Shown here: positions 49,019 to 58,283 of the stretch, in pieces
Layout of the letters: each line of letters starts with the position of its first letter
Numbering within the stretch: the stretch's first letter is position 1
Source: an uncultured Acidimicrobiales bacterium
GTDB lineage: Bacteria; Actinomycetota; Acidimicrobiia; Acidimicrobiales; SHLQ01
Length of the DNA stretch: 64,000 bases
Assembly (NCBI GenBank): GCA_938002955.1
Contig: CALLAA010000039.1
Coordinates: 397 to 64,396, forward strand
Reading direction: 5' to 3'
Made by a program: the position numbers and the translations under genes
Notes under the pieces: generated by a model
Told to the model about the DNA's origin: nothing
Database searches by the model: none
Seen by the model: only the letters and a program-made list of their open reading frames with translations

Positions 49019-49563
49019 GCTGGCTGGCCTTTCTTCTTGGCGTTCTGGCTTGCCTTGGTTCCGCCACCCTTAGACGAGCCGTTCTTCTGGCCGCCCTTCT
49101 TTGGCGTTGGACCCCAGGCGTACGTGGTGCGAGCGCTACGGATTTCGCCGTAACGCAGGGTGCGTTCGGTGTCGCCAACCGTGAGCGTGATGCCGTATTC
49201 GTCGGCCGTGAGGAGCTCGCCGTCGAGGCGGCGGTCGCCTTCGACGTCGGGGGTGGTCTTCACGCTGATCGTTTCGCCGATCGAGCGACGAAAGTGGTCG
49301 GGCTTCTTTAGCGGTCGCTCGACGCCTGGAGACGTGATCTCGAGGGTAAAGCGACCCGGGATGGGGTCTTCGGCATCGATCATGCGCGAAACCGCCTTGG
49401 TGACATCGACGAGCGTTTGGCTGTTCAGTCCACCGGGCTCATCGATGATGAGCTTGAGGACACCGTTGTTGTAGTCGATGTCGACGAGTTCGCATTGGAA
49501 GTCGTCGGCGATCGGCTCGATCAAGGAGGTCACACGGCTGATTAGTGCAGATTCTTTACTCAT
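49015..49563 (-). CDS. rimP: Ribosome maturation factor RimP (with basic K/G-rich C-terminal tail)
   Basis: LIEPIADDFQCELVDIDY...LKLIIDEPGG pattern. The stop overlaps the nusA start (ATGA). RBS GGGGGAGG. Confidence 0.88.
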   Translation of the reverse strand: MSKESALISRVTSLIEPIADDFQCELVDIDYNNGVLKLIIDEPGGLNSQTLVDVTKAVSRMIDAEDPIPGRFTLEITSPGVERPLKKPDHFRRSIGETISVKTTPDVEGDRRLDGELLTADEYGITLTVGDTERTLRYGEIRSARTTYAWGPTPKKGGQKNGSSKGGGTKASQNAKKKGQPA

Positions 49564-49620
49564 GTCGCCTCCCCCATCTCGGTTGCCAATGAACGCAAAT
49601 TTCGTTGTCGGTTGCCCGCA

Positions 49621-49654
49621 AATAACAAAAGCGTGGGCCCGGAAGACCCACGCT
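49621..49654 (-). terminator. Intrinsic terminator upstream of rimP
   Basis: On the minus strand: AGCGTGGG-ucuuccggg-CCCACGCU (49630-49654), followed by UUUGUUAUUUG. Confidence 0.75.
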
Positions 49655-49799
49655 CGCGAGTTCAGGCCGAAAAGACCCGTATTTGCGTGCGATCAAACTC
49701 TAGCGGATCGGCCGCCAATTCTCGACACCCCGGCCCAGAAGCTTGTCGATCGCCCAAACCCCAATAACGCCGGGTCTGACCCGTTGTTCTGGGGGTTGG

Positions 49800-50249
49800 C
49801 TACTTCCAGTGCTGTGAATCGGCTACCGCGTTCGCGAAATTGGCGTGCACGCCAGAGATTTTGATGTCGCTCCCGTGCCGTTCGAGGACCGGTTGGGCGT
49901 CCTTTGCGCCGCGCTCGGCCCACAGGTCGAGGAGGTGAACGGCGATCGCGACGATCAAGATCGCTGCGGCCATTGTTGCGTTGCGGAATGCAATCACCAC
50001 ACCGATGGCGGTCAGGAGCGAGGCCAGACCTCGCGCCTTGATGTGGATGTTTTGGCGGCGCGACCAGCGAGTGAAAACGTGATCGCTTAGCGGGATGCGG
50101 ACTTGCGGTGAAGACCAGCGCTTCAGAGAACGACCCACCCGCATCGGCATCGCGCCGTCGGCGGGGTTGCCGGTCATGGCGCACACGGCTGGGAGTCCTT
50201 CGGTGGCAACCCGCAGCGGCACAACGACTTCAGCCGTGGCACCGTCCAC
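49800..50249 (-). CDS. Hypothetical membrane protein, translationally coupled to ispG
   Basis: The GTG start is 1 nt after the ispG TAG stop. Codon bias resembles the neighbours. Central hydrophobic stretch LASLLTAIGVVIAFRNATMAAAILIVAIAVHLL. No motif recognised. Confidence 0.55.
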   Translation of the reverse strand: MDGATAEVVVPLRVATEGLPAVCAMTGNPADGAMPMRVGRSLKRWSSPQVRIPLSDHVFTRWSRRQNIHIKARGLASLLTAIGVVIAFRNATMAAAILIVAIAVHLLDLWAERGAKDAQPVLERHGSDIKISGVHANFANAVADSQHWK

Positions 50250-50251
50250 GA

Positions 50252-51475
50252 CTAGCGCTTCCGAATGAGATCGATTGCGGTCTCCGACGCGTTGGCATCT
50301 TCGCCGCGTTCGTCGAGGTTACGAGCCCGATCTTCCTCGGCTGCCTTGCGGGCAGCATCGCGGGTCGATTCCGCTCGAGCCATCGTGGCTTCGACACCTT
50401 CGTCGTTTAAGTACATGGCCCACTCGACGAGCTGTTCGACCATTTCGTCTTCTGGGACGACGGCCACGTTCACACCCTTGACGAATAGATGGCCACGCTT
50501 GTTTCCTGCGGCGATGCCGAGGTCGGCGTCTCGGGCCTCGCCCGGGCCGTTCACGACGCAGCCCATAACCGCTACCTGAAGCGGGATCTCTTTGTCCTCA
50601 AATGCCGCCATGGCATCCTCGGCGATCTTGTACACATCGATTTCGGCGCGACCGCAGCTCGGGCACGCGATGAGGTCGACGTTCTTCCGTTCGCGCAGGC
50701 CGAGGGCTTCGAGCAGCGTGCGTCCTGCTTTGGCCTCGAGGACAGGGTCGGCGGTGAGCGAATACCGGATCGTGTCGCCGATGCCTTCGGCGAGCAACGT
50801 GCCGATTCCGGCGGTTGCCTTGATCGTGCCGTTAGGAGGAGGTCCGGCTTCGGTGACACCGAGGTGCAACGGGTAGTCGGTGGCCTCGGAAAGCTGACGG
50901 TAGGCCTCGATCATCAACGGGACACTCGATGCCTTGACCGAGATCTTGACGAGGTCGAATCCGACTTCGTCGAAGTAGCTGATCTCGCGCAGTGCAGACT
51001 CGACCATTGCTTCGGGGGTGACACCCTTGGCCTCGTCGTAAAGCGACGAGTCGAGCGAGCCGCCGTTCACGCCGATCCGGATCGGAACGTTCCGGTCTTT
51101 GGCTTCTTTGGCGATGGTTTTGATCTTGGTCGGGTCGGTGATGTTGCCGGGGTTGAGCCGCAAGCAGTGGACACCAGCGTCGAGCGCTGCGAGTGCCATT
51201 CGGTGATTGTTGTGGATGTCGGCCACGATCGGCACGGGCGAGCGAGGCACGATGCGGGCGAGGCCTTCGGCGGCCTCTGGTTTGTTGCACGTGCATCGGA
51301 CGATGTCGGCACCTGCAGCGGCCAGGGAGTAGATCTGCTGCAGCGTGGCCTCGTGATCGGCCGTCTTGGTGATGGTCATCGACTGAACCGTGATGGGAGC
51401 GTCGCCGCCAACCGGAACGTTGCCGACCATGATCTGCTTGGTCTTCTTACGAGGAAACACTCCGTCGAACTGCAT
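50252..51475 (-). CDS. ispG: 4-hydroxy-3-methylbut-2-en-1-yl diphosphate synthase
   Basis: MVGNVPVGGDAPITVQSMT N-terminus and Fe-S cysteines including LIACPSCGR. ATG at 51475 preferred over the ORF-track 51553. Confidence 0.93.
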   Translation of the reverse strand: MQFDGVFPRKKTKQIMVGNVPVGGDAPITVQSMTITKTADHEATLQQIYSLAAAGADIVRCTCNKPEAAEGLARIVPRSPVPIVADIHNNHRMALAALDAGVHCLRLNPGNITDPTKIKTIAKEAKDRNVPIRIGVNGGSLDSSLYDEAKGVTPEAMVESALREISYFDEVGFDLVKISVKASSVPLMIEAYRQLSEATDYPLHLGVTEAGPPPNGTIKATAGIGTLLAEGIGDTIRYSLTADPVLEAKAGRTLLEALGLRERKNVDLIACPSCGRAEIDVYKIAEDAMAAFEDKEIPLQVAVMGCVVNGPGEARDADLGIAAGNKRGHLFVKGVNVAVVPEDEMVEQLVEWAMYLNDEGVEATMARAESTRDAARKAAEEDRARNLDERGEDANASETAIDLIRKR

Positions 51476-51553
51476 ATAGGTGCAGTGTATCCCTGCCCCC
51501 GTTCTCCAAGCGGACGCACCCGCTTCGGGAAGCAGCCAGGGGCTGACGAACAA

Positions 51554-53125
51554 CTACCCGGGTATCTGGATGGGGTCGATGATGTCTCGCACCATCGCTA
51601 TACCGCCAATGAGCATGAGTAACGCAACGACCGCGTACGTTACTGGCAAGAGCTTGGCTGCGTCGGCGTGATACACCTTCCCACCGAAGGATCGGATCCG
51701 CTCGTAGGTAGCGATCACCATGTGCCCGCCATCGAGCGGCAACATCGGCAGGGCGTTCAAGATGCCGAACGAGATGTTGATCAAGATGAGGAACCCAACG
51801 ACCTCTACCCAACTCGAGTCGGCCAAGGTACGAGCGATCTGCACGGCACCGATGATCGAAACGACGCGGTTCTCATCAGCGACGATCGGACGAACTTCGG
51901 TCAAACGAGGTTGGCCTTCGGCGGTCTCAGGAATGATCTCGGCTTCCGACGACAACCCAAAGAGGCCGAGGAGTCCGGCTCGCGTCGCCAGCCGCTTTGG
52001 CATCTCGACGAGAAGCAACTTGGTCGTTTCGCTAACGATCTCCACGCTTCCCGTGGCGGCTCCGGCGACGGTTTGGGACTCGCGCACCTCGCCTTGGCCA
52101 ACACCGAGGAAGCCTCGCGCAGCGACCGAGGCATCGGTTTCAAGTGCGTTGATCGTGATTAGCTCGGTGTGGAGCGACCGGTTGTAGACGACGTCGACCT
52201 CGACCTGTTCGCCCTCGAAGGGTCGGGCGGCAGCGAGGAACTCGTCGTAGTTCGCGACCGGTTCACCATTGACGGCCGTAACCATGTCACCTGGGTACAG
52301 CCCCGATATCCGGTCGACGCTAACGCCGTCGATCTCGGTGAATCCTGCGCCGGCATCGGTCAGGACTTCGCCGATCGTGGTCGTGAAGACAATCTCGTCG
52401 TAGTTCGGGCCGTAGGCAGAATCGCCGTCACCGGTACTGTTCGGTCGGGCGATCACGATGTCGACCTCGGCACCTCGATTGCTCCGTACGACCTCGGACA
52501 ACAGCTCGAAGTCTGGGGTTTCGTCCCCGCCGATCGACACGATGCGGTCGCCCTCGACGATGCCGACGGTTTCGGCTGCACCAAATGGGATGGTTTGGGA
52601 GACTTCCCACTCCCCTTCGACGGGCTGTCCTGCCTGCAAGATGACGAAGAAGGCGAGCACGATCGCGATGACGAAGTGCGACAGTGGGCCCGCCGCGATG
52701 GTGAGCATGCGCTTATGCCATGCGGCTTGGCGGTACGTGCGCGGTTCGTCGATCGGATCGACGTCCTCAAGATTGTTCATGCCGACGATGCGGACGTAGG
52801 CGCCTGCGGGAATTGCTTTGAGTCCGTAGGTGACCTCGCCGCGCTTGAAGGCAAACACGCGCGGTCCAAAGCCAATGAAGTACTCGGTCACCTTCATGCC
52901 CGACCACTTCGCCAGGCTGTAGTGACCAAGCTCGTGGATCATGATGAAGATCACGAATGCGCCAACGATGAGCAGCAGTTGCCACCCGCCGATGAACAAG
53001 AGGAACGCGAGGAATGCGAGCAAGCCGGCGAGTCGGGCCGGCTGGATTCCGAGCTCTTCGCCTTCGACGTGCTGGTCGACAGGAGGTGCGTCCATTGGAG
53101 CGGGGCGGTCAACAAGATCGGTCAT
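51554..53125 (-). CDS. rseP: RIP (site-2) metalloprotease, M50 family, with PDZ domains
   Basis: HELGHY zinc motif, PDZ-like central region, and C-terminal NALPMLPLDGG motif. Confidence 0.9.
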   Translation of the reverse strand: MTDLVDRPAPMDAPPVDQHVEGEELGIQPARLAGLLAFLAFLLFIGGWQLLLIVGAFVIFIMIHELGHYSLAKWSGMKVTEYFIGFGPRVFAFKRGEVTYGLKAIPAGAYVRIVGMNNLEDVDPIDEPRTYRQAAWHKRMLTIAAGPLSHFVIAIVLAFFVILQAGQPVEGEWEVSQTIPFGAAETVGIVEGDRIVSIGGDETPDFELLSEVVRSNRGAEVDIVIARPNSTGDGDSAYGPNYDEIVFTTTIGEVLTDAGAGFTEIDGVSVDRISGLYPGDMVTAVNGEPVANYDEFLAAARPFEGEQVEVDVVYNRSLHTELITINALETDASVAARGFLGVGQGEVRESQTVAGAATGSVEIVSETTKLLLVEMPKRLATRAGLLGLFGLSSEAEIIPETAEGQPRLTEVRPIVADENRVVSIIGAVQIARTLADSSWVEVVGFLILINISFGILNALPMLPLDGGHMVIATYERIRSFGGKVYHADAAKLLPVTYAVVALLMLIGGIAMVRDIIDPIQIPG

Positions 53126-53128
53126 TGG

Positions 53129-54283
53129 TTATAGATTCTCACGGATATGTGTCCAGGTGGCTTCGCGTGCTCGAGTATCGGCATCGAGGACAGCCTCGAG
53201 ATCGTCGGCGGGGGCGCCGTCGTGTAACTCCAACAACTCTTCATTAGTTTCGGCTATTCCGGTCCACGGCATGAGACCTTGCAGGAATGCTTCTACAGAA
53301 ACTTCGTTGGCAGCGCTCAGCCATGCTGGCGCCGTGCCGCCTCGACGGCCGGCTTCGAAGGCCAGATCGAGACATCGAAACGCGTTGCGGTCCGGCGGTT
53401 CAAAGGTGAGCGACATGGCCTCGGACCAGTCCATCTCGCCGTAGGGCACGTCGAAGCGGTCTGGATACGCCAGTGCGTAGGCAATACAGAGGCGCATGTC
53501 CGGTTGCGAGAGCTGAGCAATCGTGGCGCCATCGGTATAGGCGACCATTGAGTGGATGATCGATTGTGGATGTACGACGACGTCGATGTTGTCGTACGAG
53601 GTTCCGTACAGCTCGTGCGCTTCGATGACCTCGAGCCCTTTGTTCATCAGCGTTGACGAGTCGATCGTGATCTTGGGGCCCATCGACCATGTGGGATGAG
53701 CAAGAGCATTCTCGATAGTGACGTCCTTGAGCTCGTCGGCAGTTCGCCCACGGAACGGTCCGCCCGAGGCGGTCAGAACGAGTCGGTCGATGCCGTGATC
53801 GTCGTGTGTAGCTCGCAGGCATTGATGCAGTGCACAATGCTCACTGTCGACCGGGAGGAGTTCTGCTCCAGGCGTTTGCCGGGCGACTTGAACAATCGGG
53901 CCCGCAGCGATCAGCGATTCCTTGTTCGCAAGCCCGAGGCGCTTTCCGTGTTCCAACGTGGAGAGGGTGACCGCAAGACCAGCGAACCCCATCACACCGT
54001 TGATGACGACGTCCGCGGTGGAACTCGCCTGGCGAAGCCCTTCGTCGCCGTGCAGGACCTCGACGGACGAACCAACGGCCTCCGTTGCATCGTCGAGACG
54101 ATCCGGGTCGGCAACGACGACGACTTCGGGGCGGAACTCGGCAACCTGCTGTGCCAGGACCTCGATCGACGAGCCGACGGCGAGTGCTTGCACGTCGTAG
54201 CGACCGTTGGACTGGCGAATGATGTCGAGGGTCTGCGTGCCGATCGAACCCGTCGACCCCATGACAGAAACAGATGTACTCAC
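53129..54283 (-). CDS. dxr: 1-deoxy-D-xylulose 5-phosphate reductoisomerase
   Basis: MGSTGSIGTQTLDI NADPH motif and NKGLEVIEAH. Start is the GTG at 54283, or the ATG at 54262. Confidence 0.94.
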   Translation of the reverse strand: MSTSVSVMGSTGSIGTQTLDIIRQSNGRYDVQALAVGSSIEVLAQQVAEFRPEVVVVADPDRLDDATEAVGSSVEVLHGDEGLRQASSTADVVINGVMGFAGLAVTLSTLEHGKRLGLANKESLIAAGPIVQVARQTPGAELLPVDSEHCALHQCLRATHDDHGIDRLVLTASGGPFRGRTADELKDVTIENALAHPTWSMGPKITIDSSTLMNKGLEVIEAHELYGTSYDNIDVVVHPQSIIHSMVAYTDGATIAQLSQPDMRLCIAYALAYPDRFDVPYGEMDWSEAMSLTFEPPDRNAFRCLDLAFEAGRRGGTAPAWLSAANEVSVEAFLQGLMPWTGIAETNEELLELHDGAPADDLEAVLDADTRAREATWTHIRENL

Positions 54284-54301
54284 GATGCAAGCCTAGGCCC
54301 T

Positions 54302-54513
54302 AGTCCGAAGCTGCGAAGCCGGTTCGGACGGACGCGGCCTGCGGCCAACAGCCGGAATCTCGAAGAGTTCCCCGCATCGAGGAGCGCCAGCGACGGATTG
54401 CGACCGCTGAATAACCCAAGTCCGAAGCTGCGAAGCCGGTTCGGACGGACGCGGCCTCCGGCCAACAGCCGGAGAATCGAGGAGCGCCAGCGACGGATTG
54501 CGACCGCTGAATA
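54302..54513. repeat. Tandem duplication of a ~95-112-bp hairpin-rich unit between dxr and cdsA
   Basis: Copy 1 is 54302-54413 and copy 2 is 54419-54513. They are near-identical except for one G/C change and a roughly 17-nt extra segment in copy 1 (about 54356-54376). Each copy contains GTCCGAA...TTCGGAC, GGCC-N3-GGCC and CAGCG...CGCTG inverted repeats. Confidence 0.9.
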
Positions 54514-54515
54514 GA

Positions 54516-55907
54516 TTAGTAAAAGACTGCTTCGGCGAAGAAGTAGACGGCTGGCAGCACAAAGAGGAGTGCGTCGAACCGGTCGAGGAACCCACCGTGT
54601 CCAGGGAGCACGGAGCCCATGTCTTTGATGCCGAGATCTCGTTTGATGAGTGACTCGCCAAGATCGCCAAGTGGCGCAACGATCGCCCCGATCAGGCCGA
54701 GCAGCGCTGCATCGGTGGTGCTACCAAAGCTGTCGAATGGTTCGATCAGCTTGAGGACACCGAAGAAGACAATGGCTGCGAGGAAGCTTGCGAACGCTCC
54801 GCCGATGAGGCCTTCCATGGTCTTGTTGGGGCTGACCGACGCCAACGGTGTTCGTCCAAAGCTTCGACCGGCAAAGAATGCGCCGACGTCGTAGCCGACG
54901 GTCACGATCACGGCAGCCAGCAAAAGGCCGGTGCCGTCGTCGCCATTGAGGCCACCTCGGCTTGCGATCTCGAGCAGCGCTGCGCCGAAGCTTCCGAGTA
55001 CGCCGATGTAGACGATTCCGAGCAGCGTGACGCCGATATTCATGACCGGCATCTCGGACGCGACACCGGCGAGATACCACAACAGGGCGAACACCACGGA
55101 CAGGGCGAGCACCATGGCAACGGCTTGTGTACCGCGGACGTACACGGCGAGCGGCAGTGATACCGATGCTGCCAAACCGAGCAGGGTTGCGGGCTGGTAG
55201 CCGGCGACCCGAAGTGCGTTGAAGAATTCGGCGGCCGAAAGTGCAACCACGACAACGATCAGGCCGAGGGCGATCAGTGGGCCGAGGTTGATTGCGACAA
55301 GAGCGATAACGAGGAGCGCAACGCCAGTGATGATGCGCGACTGCATGTCGCTGCCGGTGCCGATCTCTTCGCCGAAGTCCTCTCCGGCAAATTCCGCAGC
55401 GCCAGCGCCTTGATCGTCGTAGGTGAAGAAGCGTTCGCTTTGGTCGCCGCCAATTTGAACGACCGCTGGTTCCTCAGGGGCCGGGCCTGGGTCCCAGGCT
55501 GCAGGTTCAGCGATTGCTGCCTCGCTGTCGTCGCCCCACGCAGGAGCGGACGCGCTGAGGTCGGACCATGCGTCGAGGTCTTCGTCTCCCGGGTCGACGT
55601 CGAGAGCGATCGCCTCGCCCGTCGGGGTGTCGTCGGTGCTGGGGGTCGTCCAATCGTCGAGCGACGCAGCCTTGGGCAGGTCGGCCGCTGGCTCAGCAAC
55701 GTCATCGCCAAAGATCGAGGTTTGCGGTGAGTCACCAAAGACGCTGGCGCCCGGCTCTTCCACAACCTCGAGAGGCAACTCGTCGAGCGGCAGTTCGGCG
55801 GGCCCGTCGCCGAAGACCGATGCACCGGTGCCGGCACCTGGGTCGTCGCCGAAAACAGACCGGCCGGGGCCGTCGAGATCGTCGTCGAAAGTATTGTCGT
55901 TATCCAC
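54516..55907 (-). CDS. cdsA: Phosphatidate cytidylyltransferase with a ~190-aa acidic N-terminal extension
   Basis: C-terminal signature SLIKRDLGIKDMGSVLPGHGGFLDRFD. The membrane core begins near M193 (ATG at 55346). The extension is in frame with a coding-like third-position bias. GTG at 55907 has a GAGGAA RBS 6 nt upstream. The ORF-track GTG is at 55922. Confidence 0.85.
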   Translation of the reverse strand: MDNDNTFDDDLDGPGRSVFGDDPGAGTGASVFGDGPAELPLDELPLEVVEEPGASVFGDSPQTSIFGDDVAEPAADLPKAASLDDWTTPSTDDTPTGEAIALDVDPGDEDLDAWSDLSASAPAWGDDSEAAIAEPAAWDPGPAPEEPAVVQIGGDQSERFFTYDDQGAGAAEFAGEDFGEEIGTGSDMQSRIITGVALLVIALVAINLGPLIALGLIVVVVALSAAEFFNALRVAGYQPATLLGLAASVSLPLAVYVRGTQAVAMVLALSVVFALLWYLAGVASEMPVMNIGVTLLGIVYIGVLGSFGAALLEIASRGGLNGDDGTGLLLAAVIVTVGYDVGAFFAGRSFGRTPLASVSPNKTMEGLIGGAFASFLAAIVFFGVLKLIEPFDSFGSTTDAALLGLIGAIVAPLGDLGESLIKRDLGIKDMGSVLPGHGGFLDRFDALLFVLPAVYFFAEAVFY

Positions 55908-55954
55908 GCGAGATTCCTCCACGCAGGAGACTAGTTCGCTGCCATCGGCAGACC

Positions 55955-56512
55955 CTAGACCTCGAGCAGTTCCTTTTCCTTTTCATCGCGCGCCGCATCG
56001 ATGTCGTTCTCATAAGACTTTGTGCTCTCGTCGAGCACCTTCTCTGCACGTTCGATGTCGTCTTCGCCAACGCCATCGACGTCATCGAGGTCTTTACGGG
56101 CTGATCGACGGAACCCGCGGATCTTACCCTTGCCATCTTCGGCCATTCCATTGACCACTTTCACGAGGTCCTTGCGCCGCTCCTCGGTGAGCGGCGGGAA
56201 TGACAAGCGAAGCGTTCGGCCGTCGTTACTTGGAGACAAGCCGAGATCAGAGTTGCGAATTGCACGCTCGATCGCCTCCACGTTCGCTGCGTCATGGGGC
56301 GAGATCACGAGCTGACGGGCTTCGGGTACCGAGAATGTGGCCAGCTCTTGGAGGGTCATCGGGACGCCGTAGGCCTCGACCTGCAGCTTCTCGACGAACG
56401 ATGAGCTCGCTCGCCCCGTTCGGATGGTGGCCATTTCGCGGCGCGTGTGGCCAACAGCACCGTCCATCTTGGACTGCGCGTCCTCGATGATCATCTCGAT
56501 CATTTCGCTCAT
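55955..56512 (-). CDS. frr: Ribosome recycling factor
   Basis: 185 aa with the typical RRF pattern (...RTGRASSSFVEKLQVEAYG...LSPSNDGRTLRLSFPPLTEERRKDL...). Confidence 0.94.
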   Translation of the reverse strand: MSEMIEMIIEDAQSKMDGAVGHTRREMATIRTGRASSSFVEKLQVEAYGVPMTLQELATFSVPEARQLVISPHDAANVEAIERAIRNSDLGLSPSNDGRTLRLSFPPLTEERRKDLVKVVNGMAEDGKGKIRGFRRSARKDLDDVDGVGEDDIERAEKVLDESTKSYENDIDAARDEKEKELLEV

Positions 56513-56568
56513 GTCAGGCTCTCCAACTCGTCGACCGCCCCATTGTTGTCCAACAGCAGGGGAAAGTA

Positions 56569-57327
56569 CTACTCGCCAGCAGACCCGGTGTGCACGAGCG
56601 TGCCGACCGACTCGCCTCGCAGAATCTTCTGAACGTTGTTCTCGCCCATCAGGTCGAACATCACAATTGGCAGGTCATTATCCATGCACAACGTGATGGC
56701 CGTCGAATCCATGGCCTTCAATCCACGCTGCAGAACGTCGATGTGGGTGATCTCGTCGATCTTGGTCGCGGTCGGATCGAGCTTGGGATCTGCAGTAAAC
56801 AGGCCACCGGTGCCCGAATGAGTGCCCTTGAGCACCGCTCCGGCTTCGATCTCGACGGCACGCAGCGCCGCGGTGGTGTCGGTGGTGAAGAACGGATTGC
56901 CCGTGCCTCCAGCAAAGACCACAACGCGATCCTTCTCGAGGTGGCGAATTGCACGACGACGAATGTACGGCTCGGCTACCTGCGCCATGTGGATTGCGCT
57001 CATGACCCGTGTTGCCTGCCCGCGCCGCTCGAGACGGTCCTGCAATGCCAGTGCATTGATCACCGTTGCGAGCATGCCCATGTAGTCGGCTTGGGAGCGG
57101 TCCATGCCCGCGCCTGCGCCGGCGAGTCCACGCCAGATGTTTCCGCCGCCGACCACGACACCAACACTTACGTCGAAGGCCTCACGGACAGCCACGATGT
57201 CGTTGGCGATCGACTGGACGGTGTCCCCGTCGATCCCGTACGACTCCTGACCGGCGAAGGCTTCGCCCGACACCTTCAGCAAAATTCGTCCCCAACGAGG
57301 CGTTTCCTTGCCGGTGGTGTTGGACAT
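56569..57327 (-). CDS. pyrH: UMP kinase
   Basis: [21 protein letters not shown] and [11 protein letters not shown] motifs. Confidence 0.94.
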   Translation of the reverse strand: MSNTTGKETPRWGRILLKVSGEAFAGQESYGIDGDTVQSIANDIVAVREAFDVSVGVVVGGGNIWRGLAGAGAGMDRSQADYMGMLATVINALALQDRLERRGQATRVMSAIHMAQVAEPYIRRRAIRHLEKDRVVVFAGGTGNPFFTTDTTAALRAVEIEAGAVLKGTHSGTGGLFTADPKLDPTATKIDEITHIDVLQRGLKAMDSTAITLCMDNDLPIVMFDLMGENNVQKILRGESVGTLVHTGSAGE

Positions 57328-57374
57328 AGTTTTCTCCTAAGCAGTATTCGTTCGACTATCCGCCGGGGTAGAAC

Positions 57375-58166
57375 TTAGCTCCCCAGGAAGGCTTGGTTGA
57401 ACGACACGATGGTTCCTCCGTCGAGGGAGTCCCCAACCGAGGTCTTGTCGCCGTTCAATCCCTGCTCGAGCAGGACCTGCTCGGCGAACCAACGCGACAG
57501 CTTGCCTTCGACGATCTTGTCGATCATCTCTTCTGGCTTGCCTTCGGCGCGGGTGAGATCTGCGAGTGTCTCGCGCTCTGCTGCAGCGATTTCTGGGTCG
57601 ATCTCTTCACGAGAAAGCCCGAGTGGCTTTGCAAATGCGACGTGCAGGGCCACCTCGTGGAGCTTGCCAGCCTCAACACCGGAACCTTCGACGATGACGC
57701 CATTGACGCCACGGCCATCCTGCTTGTGCAGGTAGGTGTCGAGAAGGTTGCCTTCGCCAGCTTCGACACGAACAACGAGACCGAGCTCGATGTTTTCCTT
57801 CTTGGTGATCTGCAACTCTTCGATTGCGGCTTGGTGGTTCGCTGCAGCCTCGGCACCGTTCGCAAGGACGTCAGCGACCATTGCGTCGAGCACGGCAATG
57901 AACTCTTCGGACTTCGCAGCGAAGTCGGTCTCGCTCTTCAGGTGAACAATCGCCGCAGCACCGTCGGCCTCGGCGAGTGCAACAGCACCCTCGGCGTTGT
58001 CGCGGTCGGTGCGGGTTGCTGCTTTTGCGAGGCCCTTCTCACGGAGGATCTTGCGTGCTTCGTCAGCGTCACCGTTTGCTTCGGTGAGCGCCTTCTTTGC
58101 GTCCATCATTCCAGCGCCGGTTGCGTCGCGGAGTGCCTTGATGTCTTGGACAGTGATGTCTGCCAT
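57375..58166 (-). CDS. tsf: Translation elongation factor Ts
   Basis: The canonical N-terminus MADITVQDIKALRDATGAGMMDAKKAL starts at the ATG at 58166. An in-frame ATG at 58280 would add 38 extremely acidic residues (see findings). Confidence 0.9.
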   Translation of the reverse strand: MADITVQDIKALRDATGAGMMDAKKALTEANGDADEARKILREKGLAKAATRTDRDNAEGAVALAEADGAAAIVHLKSETDFAAKSEEFIAVLDAMVADVLANGAEAAANHQAAIEELQITKKENIELGLVVRVEAGEGNLLDTYLHKQDGRGVNGVIVEGSGVEAGKLHEVALHVAFAKPLGLSREEIDPEIAAAERETLADLTRAEGKPEEMIDKIVEGKLSRWFAEQVLLEQGLNGDKTSVGDSLDGGTIVSFNQAFLGS

Positions 58167-58283
58167 GTCATTCGTTCTTTCGTCGGTGTTTGTATCGTCG
58201 TCGGACGCGTCGGCGTCCGTTTCGGTTTCTTCTTCGTCGGCGTCGTCCCCGTCGGGACTTTCGTCCTCAGGGTCGACCATGAC

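Noticed and set aside
49772-49782. GGGTCTGACCC as a member of the same element family as the 2454-2539 units
   Set aside because: Only the 11-nt palindrome is shared and the flanks do not align. The match is too short to claim a relationship without a genome-wide count.
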